Below, in pieces: positions 23,166 through 36,124 of a stretch of DNA of 64,000 bases; positions within the stretch are counted from its first letter, which is position 1, and each line of letters opens with the position of its first letter. Position numbers and translations under genes: made by a program. Origin of the DNA: Chiloscyllium plagiosum (taxonomy: Eukaryota); contig NC_057719.1 of the NCBI RefSeq assembly GCF_004010195.1, positions 17,980,476 through 18,044,475 of the forward strand, in the 5' to 3' direction. The notes under the pieces are model-generated. The model worked only from the letters and a program-made list of their open reading frames with translations. It was not told the origin of the DNA and did not search any database.

Positions 23166-23931
23166 GATACAAGATGGCAGCAGAGTAACAGGGCTGAGGG
23201 TGGGTACTTGCCCAGGGCCCATCCACACCATTTCCATCTTTGATTTACTTTCACTTCTGCTCTTTTCTTTCGTTTTAGATTCCTTTTCTTTAATTGTTTT
23301 CTGCGGTGGGTTGGTCGACAGTGATGGCAGTCCGCATGTGGAGTGGTGAGCATGGCTTCTCTGAGGATTCGGGACATGTGGTGCCAAGATAATTCTCCCA
23401 GTGTTTGAGGCCTTTGGCAGCTCCTCCAGTGATCAGGGATGGGGCCGCCAGCGCTAGCGAGTTCTTCAAGATGGCGGCGCCGGCCAGGTAACATCTGCAG
23501 TGGAATCAGGGCTCGTAGCCTAGCAGCAACCCAGCCTGGTAGCAGAGCCAGAGACTACTGGTTCTGGGGCGAGTGCGTATTCAGTGGCATCAATGAAGTG
23601 GACTCAGCAGCAGAGATGGCGCCTAAAGTGGGGTGACTCTTGTATTGTTAGGTGGAGGTGAGGCAGTGAAGGTCTCCCTTGAGGCTAGGCCCGATATGGA
23701 CTGGGTCGGCAAGACTGATATTTTAGAACTTCTTACTTCTTTATTTTTCTATTTTATTCCGATGACCTATAATTCTGGACTATTTATTTCTTTTTCTAAT
23801 TTTTTTGTTTCCTAAGAATTTGATCTTACATACCTGTACCTAGTAACTTTTGTATCTAAGATGGCACTGTAATGCGGTGACTGTAAACTTTCATGTACAT
23901 GTGACAATAAAGCTAATTCAATTCAATTCAT
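23166..23931 (+). mobile_element. Non-autonomous composite retroelement, full length, without expanded VNTR
   Basis: Head CAAGATGGCAGCAGAGTA; T-rich block; GC-rich centre; tail GTACATGTGACAATAAAGCT(AATTC)3; homologous to 438-1755. Confidence 0.8.
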
Positions 23932-24534
23932 TAGCTGGCACATACCTGAGCCTGAATTTCATGTCTATTATCAGCTCAAGAATGGCTGTTGTCAAAGTCC
24001 TGATGTAAGCTGGTCTGGGCACTTCAGTGACAGGGGAATGCTGGCACTAATAGGCACATTGCTTCTTCCTACATATTTGATGGCATTTTATTCATTGCAC
24101 CGAGCATTTCTATCACTATCACTCAGAAATGTATATAAATAAAATATACATCCTCCTCTGGTGAATGTGTCTTCCACTTTTCCTTGTGGTTTACAGGACA
24201 AGGTATCTATTGTTAAAGGTTGAATATTGGAGGACAGGTTTGGAAGATTATCTATTGCAGGTCTAGACTATAATTATATCAATAACAGTCCAATGATAAC
24301 TTTGCTTTCTGTGGAGGTTGTATGTATTTTGGACATACTACCTTTCTAACATGACTTTCTCACTCATTGTATAGCAGGTTCAAGCCTCTTCAAATTTCTT
24401 ACATCGACTATCAGTAAAGTTTCCGAAGGTTCAAATATTCTCCAGCATCACCTTGGACTAAGTTCTACATTACTGGTTAACTGTCAGCATAAACAGCTTA
24501 TTCTTTGATAGCTTCATCCTTTACATTTCACACT

Positions 24535-24772
24535 CCGACAGCTTCCCACTCCAGGCTGCCTTTGACAGACACTCCAAGCTTCCTGTAACAAATGCTCCAA
24601 GTTTCCAGCCACTGTTACTATGAGCATTGTGTGACGGACGCTGCAAACTTTCCACAGCCAATTCGTTAGTTTTGCTGTGACAGATGCTCCAGGCTCCTCA
24701 TGACTGACACTTCAGGCTTCATCTGACAGACACTCTTAGGCCTCACACCTGAAAGATGTTTCAAATTCCAGC
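24535..24772. repeat. Degenerate ~23-bp repeat (TGACAGAYRCTCCARGCTTC-like) x7-8
   Basis: Units at ~24563, 24585, 24631, 24678, 24700, 24724, 24750. Confidence 0.6.
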
Positions 24773-25595
24773 CCACGCGCTTTTTCTACTCTGAAGAGAT
24801 TTTTGACGACTCTGCAATGATTTTTCAAAACTCAAAATGGCCAGATAATTGTGGGGGCTATTTTTTTTGCACAAATGTAAGGTTAAAGGTCCAGAACAAA
24901 GGTTAAAGAAGGATCTTGAATTTTTAACCTTTTTAACATTTATCTACTTTAAATTTGTACTGTATCATTTTATCCTCAAAGGTCGAGACAGGTTCACAAT
25001 CTTACTTTTGTTCAATTAATCATCTGATATTAAGGGGTGACAAGAAAGGTGCAAGGTATTTTAAAAGTTATGGAAAAGATTTCAAAATGACTTTTCCGAA
25101 CAATGCCGGATTTCAACATATTTATGCAGTCAGGGTTAAGAAAACAGTTCCCAAACAGTTTGAACACATCAAGAAAGAGATCTTGCCTGAGGTACTGGCC
25201 TGTGATTTGAATATAATGAAAATAATTGAAAATAGGAAACTAGGTGGAGCAACAAGACAAAATAATCACCATTAGCTCAGGTAACTGAATTCAAATGCAA
25301 CTGCAAGTATTCTGATAAAACCCTTTTGCTTAGGAAATGTCGATAATTCGAACTAAAAGTTTTTATATACTTTGGCACTTTGATTTGGTGCATTTATCAG
25401 AAGTTCCTATGCCATTTTAAGAGACATTACAGCAATTATTTCAAGCAAGTTAATGCCATTGTTAAAACAGTGGAGGAGAGAATTTTGCTGGCATGTTTAT
25501 ATGCTGTTATGCAAAGCATAAGTTGAAAAGCACTTAATGTAATTGCACAGGAAGTGCTTTGCAATAGCAGAAATGATTTCCCTCTCTTCCTATAG

Positions 25596-25689
25596 GGGTA
25601 CTGACCTCCCCTTGCTTGGTGCTTCCCCCAGTGGTCTGGCTGAAACTGAGACCGTAACTGTGCTGAGTGATGGGAGGGCTGGCAGGGAG
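25596..25689 (+). other. Candidate 94-nt exon (unverified)
   Basis: Acceptor ATTTCCCTCTCTTCCTATAG, donor GAG|GTAAAT; GC-rich island in AT-rich unique DNA; a minus-strand reading is also possible. Confidence 0.25.
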
Positions 25690-26711
25690 GTAAATGCTGC
25701 TAGAATAGTTTTATACAAGCACCTAAGAGTGACGAAGAAATGAACACAGTGTTCAATAGTGTTGTAATGTTCTTTTCCTCCTGAAAAAGCTATGATGATA
25801 ACTCATGAAAACACAGTGTTAATGCTCCATCACTAGTGTGATATCCGACACACAAACAGACTATGCTAATGCCCTTCAGAAAGCTGTCTTGATAAGAAGA
25901 ACAACCTCTACATGACCTGTAACATGTCTCTGGTGCATTGAAGATACCAGGACACAACCAGCATGCAATGCATCGACAAGAATATGGATGCTTTGAATGT
26001 GATCTTGAAGCACATTCTCTATCCTTTGCTCCCCAGCTTCTCCCATTGTATAGATCGATTGATCTATCTATCTATCAATTATTAGGTCACCTAGGTATAA
26101 GAAATATTTAAATATTCATCAGCATGAGTTAATTTTCTTTCGATTAGATTTCAACCATTTCTGTGAGATTTATGTTGACTAACTCTAGGCAAATGATTTT
26201 TTAAAAGTTATTTATTTCTTATAAGATTTTAAATTAAATGGGAACAACATTAATAATCAAGCCAGAAATGACTGTTTATGGCATTAGCAACTACTTGACA
26301 TTCCTTCGTTTCTCATTTCAATTCAAAGATTAATCTATTTATTTTAAATGTGTTAATCCCTTGGCTGAAGCATCAGACTGTGCAAGCATTAAACATTTTT
26401 ATACTATTCAAAATGAGTATATTTTCACCTGCGGATTCAAAAGGGGAATTGGATAGATAACTGAAAATTTATAAAAAAATTGTTATGCTATTGGCAAGAC
26501 TGGAGGAGTGACCAATTGGTTAGCTCTTGCAAAGGCACACTAAGTTGGAATTTTCTCCTTCTGTGCTGCAATGTTACACAATAATTTGTAAAATTTAACA
26601 TGTGGAAGATATGCAACAAGAATTAAGTGTAATTTGAAATATTATTGATTTAGTCACAGTGAGTGGTCTCTGTTCAAAACATTAATGTCCTTTCTGTTTC
26701 ATCTCATTCAC

Positions 26712-27050
26712 CATGGTGGCTCATTGGTTAGCACTACTGCCTCTCAGCGCCAGGGACCCAGATTCACATTCCATCCCTCAGCTGAATGTCTGTGTGGAGT
26801 TTGCACATTCTCCCCGTGTCTGGCTGGGTTTCCTTGGGTATTCTGGTTTCCTTCCACAGTCCAAAGATGTGCAAGTTACGTGGATTGACCATATGAAATT
26901 ATCCATGGTGTTCAGGGGTGTGTAGGTTAGGTATGCTAGCCATGGAAATTGTGGGGTTACAGGGATTGGGTGGAATGCTCTTTGAAAGGTCTGTGTGGAC
27001 TTGTTGGACCAAATAGCCTGTTTCCAAGCTGTAGGGATTCTATTCTAATC
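26712..27050 (+). mobile_element. HE1-type V-SINE
   Basis: TGGCTCATTGGTTAGCACTACTGCCTC; V domain GTCTGTGTGGAGTTTGCACATTCTCCCCGTGTCTG. Confidence 0.9.
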
Positions 27051-27998
27051 CATTTCAAAATGCTCTGTTTGTGTTTCAGACTTTTGAGAGTTAGAGATTG
27101 TCATTTTGTTTCTTAACTGTAACAAAGTTTATTTGCTCACTCTGACTACAGCCTCCTTCCTCTGATAGCAATACGGTTATGAGGGAATATTTAAAAATTT
27201 TGTCAAATTCCTTTGAATCCTACATAAAACAGCAAACCAACACACTAAAGAATGGCAGCCAAGTCCTGAATAGATAATATCATCATAAAGTCATTATTAT
27301 AAAATCATAAAAGTCTACAGCAGAGATAAAGACCCTTCAGCCCATCAAATGAGTACTGGTCAAAAGCAACAACCTAACTACTCTAATCCCTTCAAGAAAA
27401 AACAGAAAAGTTTTTACAGCGTAGTGCATTTCCCACTCCACAAGGCTTATGTATGAGGCGGTGTCCCAACAATAATACCAAAGCTTGCCCTTGCAATAAT
27501 TTAATGTTAGAAGCAGGCCCTTGAACAGGAGCTTTCAGAGCTCATTTTATAGAGCTAATGACCGACATAGCTGTCAGCTCTGTGCTAGGTAAGAAGAAAT
27601 GGCTACAGCAAGGACAACCATGCCATGGAGCTCAGGTAAATCCAGAATCAGGGCTCTCAGCAATGCAGTTGCAGGCAGGCCATGTTCTAGAGGCCAGCAA
27701 GGTGAGTGAAATTACTGTTTGAGGAGTGGGTGCATTTTATTGGCCCAGATAGTCTGCAAAGAAGATCCCAATTGCCTGAAACCAGCCCATAGTGTGAAAG
27801 TTGCTGGGATTCTGAAATCGCATGGCCTCATACTCAGTGTGTGTATAATATTGGCAGAGGCAGGTTGAATCCCTGAAACGAGCATTAATTGGTTAATTAT
27901 TGTTTTAATAGGCCCAAGTGCAGATGTGCTATTATTCATTCCTCCTTGTAAACTTCCAGTAAGCTCACGGCAGGATTTTACAACCCTGCTGCCTTGTT

Positions 27999-28325
27999 AA
28001 GGGAGATTATGGCCGAGTGGTATTATCATTAGACCATTAATCCCAAGATCCAGGTAATTTTTTGGGACCAGATTCAATTCCCACCTTGGTAGATGTGGAA
28101 TTTGAATTTGATAAAAATCTGGGATGAAATGATTCATGATGATCATAAAATTGTTGCTAATTGCTCGGAGAATGCCTATCTGGTTCATGAATGGCCTTTG
28201 GGGAGGAAATTTGCCATCCTTACCTGGTCTGGTCGACATGTGACTCCAGACTCACAGAAATGTGATTGACTCTCAGCTGTTCTCTGGGCAATTAGGGATG
28301 GGATTTAATATTGGCCTGACCAGTA
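27999..28325 (+). mobile_element. tRNA-derived SINE (second family)
   Basis: TGGCCGAGTGGTATTATC..CTTACCTGGTCTGGTCGACATGTGACTCCAGAC..GGGCAATTAGGGATGGG. Confidence 0.9.
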
Positions 28326-28799
28326 ACATTAAGGTGCTAAAGTTAACAGATGAAGTATCTCATGTGTAATGTTTAATTTTAAACTTAACAGCTCAAGTGT
28401 GACTAGAACTGTTTTAGCTATTGCCATTGCTTTCAGTGGGAACTTGTGGAATTAGCAGAAGAGGTTAGGAAAGCTAGTCTAACAGTATCCTCAGTGCTCA
28501 TCTGCCAAGACACTAAGTGAGAATGCTGTCACAATTGCTGAAAGTTAAGCCTAAATCTTAAACAAACATGGTAAAAATATCAATTTATCATGGACAAGAC
28601 AGTCTTAAGAAATAATAAAGGTGTAAAAAATTAAAATGATTGTGCTATTTTGCTCCTACCTATTTCCTTCCAACCACTTTCCTGTTATTTTGATCATGCC
28701 TTGGAACCCAGTTCCACTCTGTGAGTCTTGGCATTTGGTGTTGGTGTGTATTTCTGTCATTTCGGGCAAGTCCAGTCTTGTCTCCGTCTTCATTCAACT

Positions 28800-28922
28800 T
28801 AGGGATATGGGCCGGGTGCTGGCCGGTGGGACTAGATTGGGTTGGGATATCTGGTCGGCATGGGCTGGTTGGCATGAAGGGTCAGTTTCGATGCTGTACA
28901 TCTCTATGACTCTATCTATGAC
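28800..28922 (+). mobile_element. CR1 3'UTR fragment
   Basis: GGGATATGGGCC..GGACTAGATT..GTCGGCATGG..ATCTCTATGACTCTATCTATGAC. Confidence 0.85.
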
Positions 28923-30704
28923 CTCGTCCTTGCAGCACTTATTGGATATAGGAACAGGCAGGATCCTTAGCCAATTTGCCTCAATACAAATGAAACAGAT
29001 TGAAATCAATGGTGTGGTACCAAATGCTGCCTGGGTGAAATCAACATAGCCAAATAGTTAACTGGAAAAATGAAGAACAAACAGTGTGAGTCGGTTTATA
29101 CACCACGCAGTGATAAATTTCCATTCTTGGTCACTGGAGCACAAAATTACACTGTGCTACATTTAAAGGTCAAAGTGCAGATAAACAAATGACAACAGAT
29201 AGGTCACAAATTAGCCAGAGCCGACATGAGAGAAAAATTAATAAAGATATACATTTAAATTAAGCTGAATATAATTAACTCTCAAGGACTTTAGGAAACA
29301 TTTCATATTAAAATTAGAACAGCAAATGGGAAATTTTAGATGGGTATTGTTTAGCATATCTGATAAATAACTGAAATATTGTAACTTGGACTTTCATAAT
29401 GGAATGGATTATATCGAATGTAAACTGAATGTTCCTTTTGCAACCGAATGTGAACGTATTTATGGAATTGTATAGCAAGGTGTTAACTTTGAGCAGGTCT
29501 GTGATTTGTCTGATAAGCCTTTAATTAAAATTGAGATGTACTATTTGAACTGTTTGATTTCTGACAGACCCCAGTGAGGGATGCCTTGTAATTGTATTAG
29601 TTTCTCTTCTCTTTGTCGGAAGAGCTTGAAACCCTCCCAGCGCAGAGTATTTAGGGAATCCTTGGAAATGAAGCCTGAGGACTAGAGAAGGACAAATGTC
29701 AATAGAAGGATGCATGAATATAACCTGTGATTAACAAGCTCAGTAGGGCCTTACATATCCAGCAGGTAAAACGTTATAGGACAACTTGAAGGGGAGAATA
29801 ATGAAGTATTTAAAGGAGTACTAAGTATGCCTTTACAGAACACATACATTCATGTTCTGTAGGTTCACTATTTTAAAACTAAATATGGCAGGATTACAGG
29901 GCTAAGAGCTGTGAAATGGGAATACTTAAATGGCGCTATTAAAATGCCAGCCCTGACACAAGGGGCTGAATAGCCACTTTGTGACCTATAAAATTTTACG
30001 GAGGCAATTATCTCCTCATCCTTCCCAACAACATGTCAAATGTTATTTCCTGAAACTATTACAATTAAACATTGGTGTCAGTAAAGGCTGATTGACTATC
30101 ATTTTTATAAGAGCTTTCTCAACCCAGATATTTAAGTGTTAGTCTTGATAAACAAACCAGTACTCCCTCTGATACTTCAAAATTCATTCCAGCGCGTGGT
30201 TCAATTTGCAGACAAATCAATCAAAGTCAGCCAGTGCAACTTTATTTAATTATTGTCCTCCTTTGATTTAGCTTTTTTGAACAATTCTTTACATCTTGCT
30301 CGGGGTCTTAATTTTTTTGGTGGCCCTTAAATTAACATTGTTGCTTGAGATTGCATGTTCATTGACCAGTATAGAAAATTGCATGACTAAAAATAATCTA
30401 TGCAAGCCTGCATTTGCAATTCATGTAATCCCAGATGGTGTGAGATGTTGGCAGGTTCAAATACACCTCATCTTCAGCAGAATGTCCATGGAAATGTCAT
30501 TCTGAATATCATTGTCACAAACAGCAAGTAAGAACCCAGTTGCTGCTTTCTGAGTTCCATATGTGCCATCAGCACACAGTTAAAAGAAGTATATTGAAGT
30601 GGTAAATGTAATTGATCCATAAATCCTACTCTTCCTCCTGGCAGAGGATTCATTCAAAGCAAAAACAGAGAATGCTGGGAGCACCCAAATGGCCTGAGAC
30701 TAGG

Positions 30705-30983
30705 ATCAGAAGACATGGCCTCAGATTGAAGGGACGGCTCTTGAGAACTGAGATGTGAAAAAGTTTCTATAGCCAGTAGGTGGTAAATCAGTGGAGGTTA
30801 TTGACACTGAAAGCTGTGGGGGCCAAGTCATTGAGTGTCTTGAAGACAGAGATAGATTTCACCAGTTAAGGGTTCAAGAGTTATAGAGAGAAGGCAAGAC
30901 AATGGGGCTGAGAAACATATCAACCGTGATCAATGGGCCTCGATGGGCCCTATGGTCTATTCTGCTCCTACATCTTATGGTCT
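30705..30983 (+). mobile_element. CR1 3' fragment
   Basis: AGACATGGCCTCAGATTGAAGGGACGG..ACTGAGATG..; 3'UTR CTATTCTGCTCCTACATCTTATGGTCTT. Confidence 0.8.
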
Positions 30984-31654
30984 TCCAGGCAGATAGCATT
31001 GGTGAAGGGTGAAAACATGATACCATTTCAGTCAATGGCCTTACATCTGAACTCGGAGAGCTTAGAGATATAACAGTTTTTAAGCAAGCCAAGATTAAGA
31101 TGGGATGGGGTCAAGGGATGATAGTTATTGGTGGTGTTGGTTATGAGAGTTGGGGGGAGAACAAAAGTGAAGGTAGATGATGGTGTGGAGAGCAGGAAAG
31201 ACTAAATATCAAAGAGGATCACAGTGTAAGACAGAGGAGAGTGATAATAGGACAACAAAGCAAATAAGGACAAAAAGTCACCATTCAGCTCCTCCAAGAT
31301 CCAATGTTTTCAGCCTTAGTGGCAAATATGACTTCTCTACCACTAATATTAATTAATGAGCACTAGTTGCAAGGGTACTGATTGCCCTTACTCATGCCCC
31401 CAGCCTATGAAGGAGCAATTGTGCTAATTTTAAACTTTGCTGGGGAGAGCATATTGTCATTAGACCCCACTTGATTTTTGTGCTGGAAAAGGCAGACTAT
31501 TCTTTGCATCAGGTTATCTCCAAATTATAAATCTGGAAATGTGTATCTTTTATCTTCTTTTTTTTTCCAGTCTCCTTCCCTACTGTTAATGTTTGAACAA
31601 ATCATCAACATTTACCTTAGAATATCCCTCATGAGAAGAATATAAATATGTGAA

Positions 31655-31838
31655 ATAAACACAGAGAATGCTCGAGAAACTCAGCAGGTCTGGCAGCTTC
31701 AGTGGAGAGAGAAATAGACTGAATGTTTTGAGTTCAGAATTGAAAAAGAGTCATACCAGACTCGAAATGTTAACTCTGTTCCTCTCTTCACCAATGCTGA
31801 CAGACCTACTGAGTTTCTCTGGCATTCTCTGTCTTTCT
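31655..31838. mobile_element. PLE-derived fold-back insertion
   Basis: Arms CAGAGAATGCTCGAGAAACTCAGCAGGTCTG / CAGACCTACTGAGTTTCTCTGGCATTCTCTG; decayed hammerhead GAGTC..GACTCGAAATGTTAACT. Confidence 0.8.
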
Positions 31839-31879
31839 TTCACATATTTATGTACTTTTTATGAGGAATTGCATTTAAT

Positions 31880-32580
31880 GGTAAGGTACTGGAGAGTGTT
31901 GCTGAACAAAGAGGCCCTGGAGTGCAGGTTCATCGTTCCTTGAAAGTGGAGTCGCAAGTAGACAGAATAGTGAAGAAAAGCATTTGGTACACTTGCATTT
32001 ATAGGTCAGTGCAATGAGTATAGGAGTTGGAAGGTTATGTGGCGATTACAGGAGATTGGTTAGGCCACTTCTGGAACATTGCATTCAGTTCTGGTCTCCC
32101 TGCTGTAGAAAAGAAGTTGTTAAACCTGAAAGGGTTTAGAAAAAATTTACAAGGATGTTGCCAGTATTGGAGGGTTTGAGCTTTAAGGAGAGGTTAAATA
32201 GACTGGGGCTGTTCTCCCTGGAGCATCGGAGGCAAAATCATGAGAGGAATGGATAGGTATTTTCCACAGGGTAGGGAAGTCCAAAACTGGAGGGCACAGA
32301 TTTAAGGTGAGAGGGGAAAGATTTAAAAGGGACCTAGGGGGCAACATTTTCATGAAGAGGGTGGTGCGTGTATGGAATGAGCTGTCAGAAGAAGTGTGGA
32401 GGTTGGGACAACGACAACATTTAAAAGGAATGTTGATAGATATATGAATAGGAAGAGTTCAGAGGGATATGGGCCAAGTGCTGGCAAATGGGACTAGATT
32501 AATTTATGATACCTGGTCGGCATGGATGTGTTGGATCAAAGGGTCTGTTTCTATGCTGTCCATCTCTACAACTCTATGAC
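31880..32580 (+). mobile_element. CR1 LINE 3' ~700 bp
   Basis: LVRPLLEHCIQFWSP-like coding, AAAACTGGAGGGCACAGATTTAAGGTGAGAGGGG, tail CTCTACAACTCTATGAC. Confidence 0.9.
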
Positions 32581-34221
32581 CCTCGAATCTAAGGTAAATG
32601 TTGATGATTTTTTCAGATGTTAACATTGGGAAAAGAGAATGATTAATAAGGGAAAAAAAGATGCTGCCAGACTTCTCCAACATTCTCTATTTTGGTATTG
32701 GATTTCCAAAATCTACTGTGTGTTTTGCTTTTGCATGTATGTGTGAACTTTTTCTTAGAAGTTTTTAAAATATTCTATTAAATTTGAATTGCTTTATGCC
32801 GGTAAACAAAGGTTGGCAGGTAATGCACAAATTTAAAAAGATTCTCTGAATGGTCAAAATCTGAATCTTCATCATCACCTCTCTCAGTGTTTGTCATGCT
32901 TTATATCCTCATAAAGTCGTGTATATGGATTTGATTAAGGATATTGTAGTAAAGATTGAGCTTGTAAACAGATGCCAAATGACAAAACACTTCAGGAAGC
33001 ATATGGCTTATGAAGCCTCTCAGGCCACAGTTTGTTTGGTGCAGTGAAATACAACTTTGTCATTGACTAACTTCACAGTCATGGCAGGGAGCCACAACCT
33101 ATGCCCCTCAAAACCCTTCAGGCACTAAGAATATCTGTTTTTCATTCAGCAACTTACAAGAGAAAATAAAACTGTCCGAGTACGTTTTTCCTTGTGAGTA
33201 GACAGTCACCGCGTAGACCAATTTTCTGTGAGATCTTTGAGTGGTTAAGTAAGAAGAAAGCATTCCTTTCCCTTTGAAAGAAAGACCAGCGAGGATTGCA
33301 AGGTCCTGGCAAATATTTCCCTTTAAGGGCTTGCTGCTGAGAACCAGTTTTATTTGAGTACCGAGCTGAACTGTAATAGTTCATCTTAATTCTTGAAGTT
33401 TCTGTTTTTGCTTCATTGGTCCTTGAATTACGAACATATGAGCCAGGAGCAGAAGAATTAAATTTGGTCGCTCAAGTCTGCTCTGCTATTTGAGAAGAAT
33501 TCTAACATATGTCAAAAAACCTTAAAGTCTATGACCATGGTATACTTTATGTTATACAGTATTCTTATATAGTAAACAATGGATTCCAAATGAGAAATCA
33601 AATGGAAAAGTGGCCAATTTCCTTCCTGAGATATGTCACCCTCAATGGTAATCCTTAAAAGAAGTGCAATCTGAATTCTGCCTCCTTTATCATGTTTCTT
33701 TAAATTCCCAAGGGGAAATCAATTAATAGTGCACTGCATAATATGGTTTATATAAAGATTCATTGTGTCCTCCAGCTGTTGCAAATTCTTGGATCAGGTA
33801 CGTTGATGGCAAGTACTGACATCTAAACCTTGAGGCTTTTGTCAGTCTGACTTTGACCTGACAAGTATTGTTCAAAGGCTCCTATTTCTGACAGGTGTAT
33901 ACCTGTAGGCTCTGCTATAGCCTTTGCATTACCTGAGGCATCCAGCCCTTAACACTTACCTTGGGTAGTGGGCAACCATAGGTCAACAGTTCATTCAGTC
34001 ATAAATTACTTGGTATATGTACTATGCCAACCTTTCAGATTGTTCTAACTCTTTTGCTTCATGTTTTCCTTGAGGAAACTCAGTTGGACAATTGCTTATG
34101 AGAGAAATTATTGCATTCATCAAATCACTGACTTTATGGATGTTAAATTGCATTCCCTCTTGCATCAGAATAAAGCAACTCTTTTTTTTTCTTGAAACCA
34201 AACTTTCCTATGTCTAATGTG

Positions 34222-34285
34222 CAACCTACACAACTTAAACACAGTTAACCCTCCAACCTACACAACTTAAACACAGATAACCCTC
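34222..34285. repeat. 32-bp tandem duplication x2
   Basis: CAACCTACACAACTTAAACACAG(T/A)TAACCCTC twice. Confidence 0.95.
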
Positions 34286-34454
34286 TATGTCTGCTAAGGC
34301 ACCTTATAATAGAATGTTTTCAACTAGCATTTATAGTGAACTGCTGACCTCCCTTTGACCTTTCTACTGATCTGACATCCAGCAGAGGAAATGTGTGAAT
34401 ATAACAGCATTAAGTTTGTTTTAATTGTGACTCTCATTGGCGTCAATCAATCAT

Positions 34455-34875
34455 TTTTCTTTTTATTCATTTGTGGGATGTGGGTGTCGCTGGCTGGCCA
34501 GCATTTATTGCCCGTCCTTGTTGCCTTTGAGAAGGTGGTGGTGAATTGCCTTCTTGAAGCACTGCAGTCCACCTCCTGTGGGTTGACCCACAATGCCCTT
34601 AGGGAGGGAATTCCTGAATTCTGACCCAGAGACGGTGAAGGAACGGCAATATATTTCCAAGTCAGGATGGTGAGTGACTTAGAAGGGAACTTGCAAGTGG
34701 TGGTGTTCCCATGTATTTGCTGCCCTTGTCCTTCTGGATGGAAGCAATTGTGGGTTTGGGCAGTGCTATCTGAGTACCTTGAATGAATTTCTGCAGTGCA
34801 TTTTGTAGATAGAACACACTGACGCTACTGAGCGTCGGTGGTGGAAGGAGTGGATGCTTGTGGAAAGCATCCAAT
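34455..34875 (-). mobile_element. CR1/L2-group LINE 3' end
   Basis: Tail GGGATGTGGGTGTCGCTGGCTGGCCAGCATTTATTGCCC; body is rc of 18720-19010. Confidence 0.9.
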
Positions 34876-35429
34876 AGTTGGACATAATAGGTTTGTATCT
34901 ATAACAAAATTCTTGTTCAGAGTTTTACAGAACTATAATGTCCAAAAATATTCTGATAGGTAGGTAGGCACCTGAAACCTGGAAAGCTTTATTCTATAAT
35001 AAATTGTGCATACAATAGAAATGCATTGGGAGGCTGTTTTACATCTCTCCAATTTTTTATATTCTTTCACCTGAATAGGTAGATAGATTGCTGACAATCA
35101 CTCATAAATCCTGTCTAGGGTCAGTCTACATTATATGCTGAAGGCTTCATTGGAATGTGAGTCAAAATATTCATGGCTGAGAGCAGAGTGTCATGATGAC
35201 AGATCAGAACCCCAAAGTACAATGGACATTTTAACTTTTAATTCCAAAATCAGTTCTTTAAAATAGGAATGTTACAGACAAGAAGAGACTGCAGATATAA
35301 TTTCACTGCCTGGAAATGTCCTGTGTGGGCCGCATGGGTTATTATACCTACAAAGCATTGGCAACTTCGATCAGAGTAAAGGAGAGATATAACAGGAAGA
35401 GATAGTGAGGGAGCTCAATCATCGATAAC

Positions 35430-36100
35430 GTGACAGATGAGGACAGCAACAGTGTTATCAAGCAATGTTTGCTCAGTAATAATCCACTCCATGATTACCC
35501 AGTTTGAGTTCTTCCAGGGCCATTCAGCTCCTTACCTCATTACAGCCTGGGTTTGATAATGGACAAGAGAAAGTGAGGACTGCAGATGTTGGAGATCAGA
35601 GCTGAAAATGTGTTGCTTAAAAAGACCTGCTGCACTTTTCCTGCAACACATTTTCAGCTTTGATAATGGACAATAGAGCTGAATGCCAGGGGGTGAGGTG
35701 AGAATGATTGCCCTTGACATCTAGGCTACATTTGACTCAGTATTGCCCTAACAAAACTAGTCTCTGTTAGATTTAGGCATTATTAGCACAAAATACGATA
35801 AGGGCTTTGGTCGTTAGAGGTCAGTCCTTTCATCTCCAGACACCTCTGCAGAAGTTTCTAAGGGAAATGTCAATGGCCCAAACATCTTCAGCTGCTGCAT
35901 CAATAACTTTTTGTTCCATCATAAAGTCATAAAGGGGAAGATTTGTAATGATTGTGTGATGTTCAGCAACACTTGCAACTCCTCAGATGCTGAAAAAGCT
36001 GATGTTTATTTGTAGCAAGACCTGCACAGCATCCAAGTTTAAATGATAATTGGCCAGTAATGCCAGACAATGATCTCTCAAACAATTGAGAATCTAGCCT
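35430..36100 (+). mobile_element. CR1/L2-group LINE RT fragment
   Basis: Aligns by eye with 17895-18410 (CTCAGTAATAATCCACTC, CCTCATTACAGCC, GGTGAGGTGAGA..GCCCTTGAC). Confidence 0.8.
35567..35658. mobile_element. Collapsed PLE fold-back insertion, 15-bp TSD
   Basis: TTTGATAATGGACAA at 35552-35566 and 35659-35673; arms AGCTGAAAATGTGTTGC / GCAACACATTTTCAGCT. Confidence 0.9.
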
Positions 36101-36124
36101 AAAATAAATCAAATTATAAATAAC

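Noticed and set aside
27420..27990. Old MITE-like GC-richer patches (also ~8600, 14170, 31370, 38620, 42900, 53170, 59660)
   Set aside because: Terminal inverted repeats too decayed to define by eye
33954..34010. Perfect minus-strand donor AAG|GTAAGT
   Set aside because: No matching acceptor or convincing open frame; expected by chance in 64 kb
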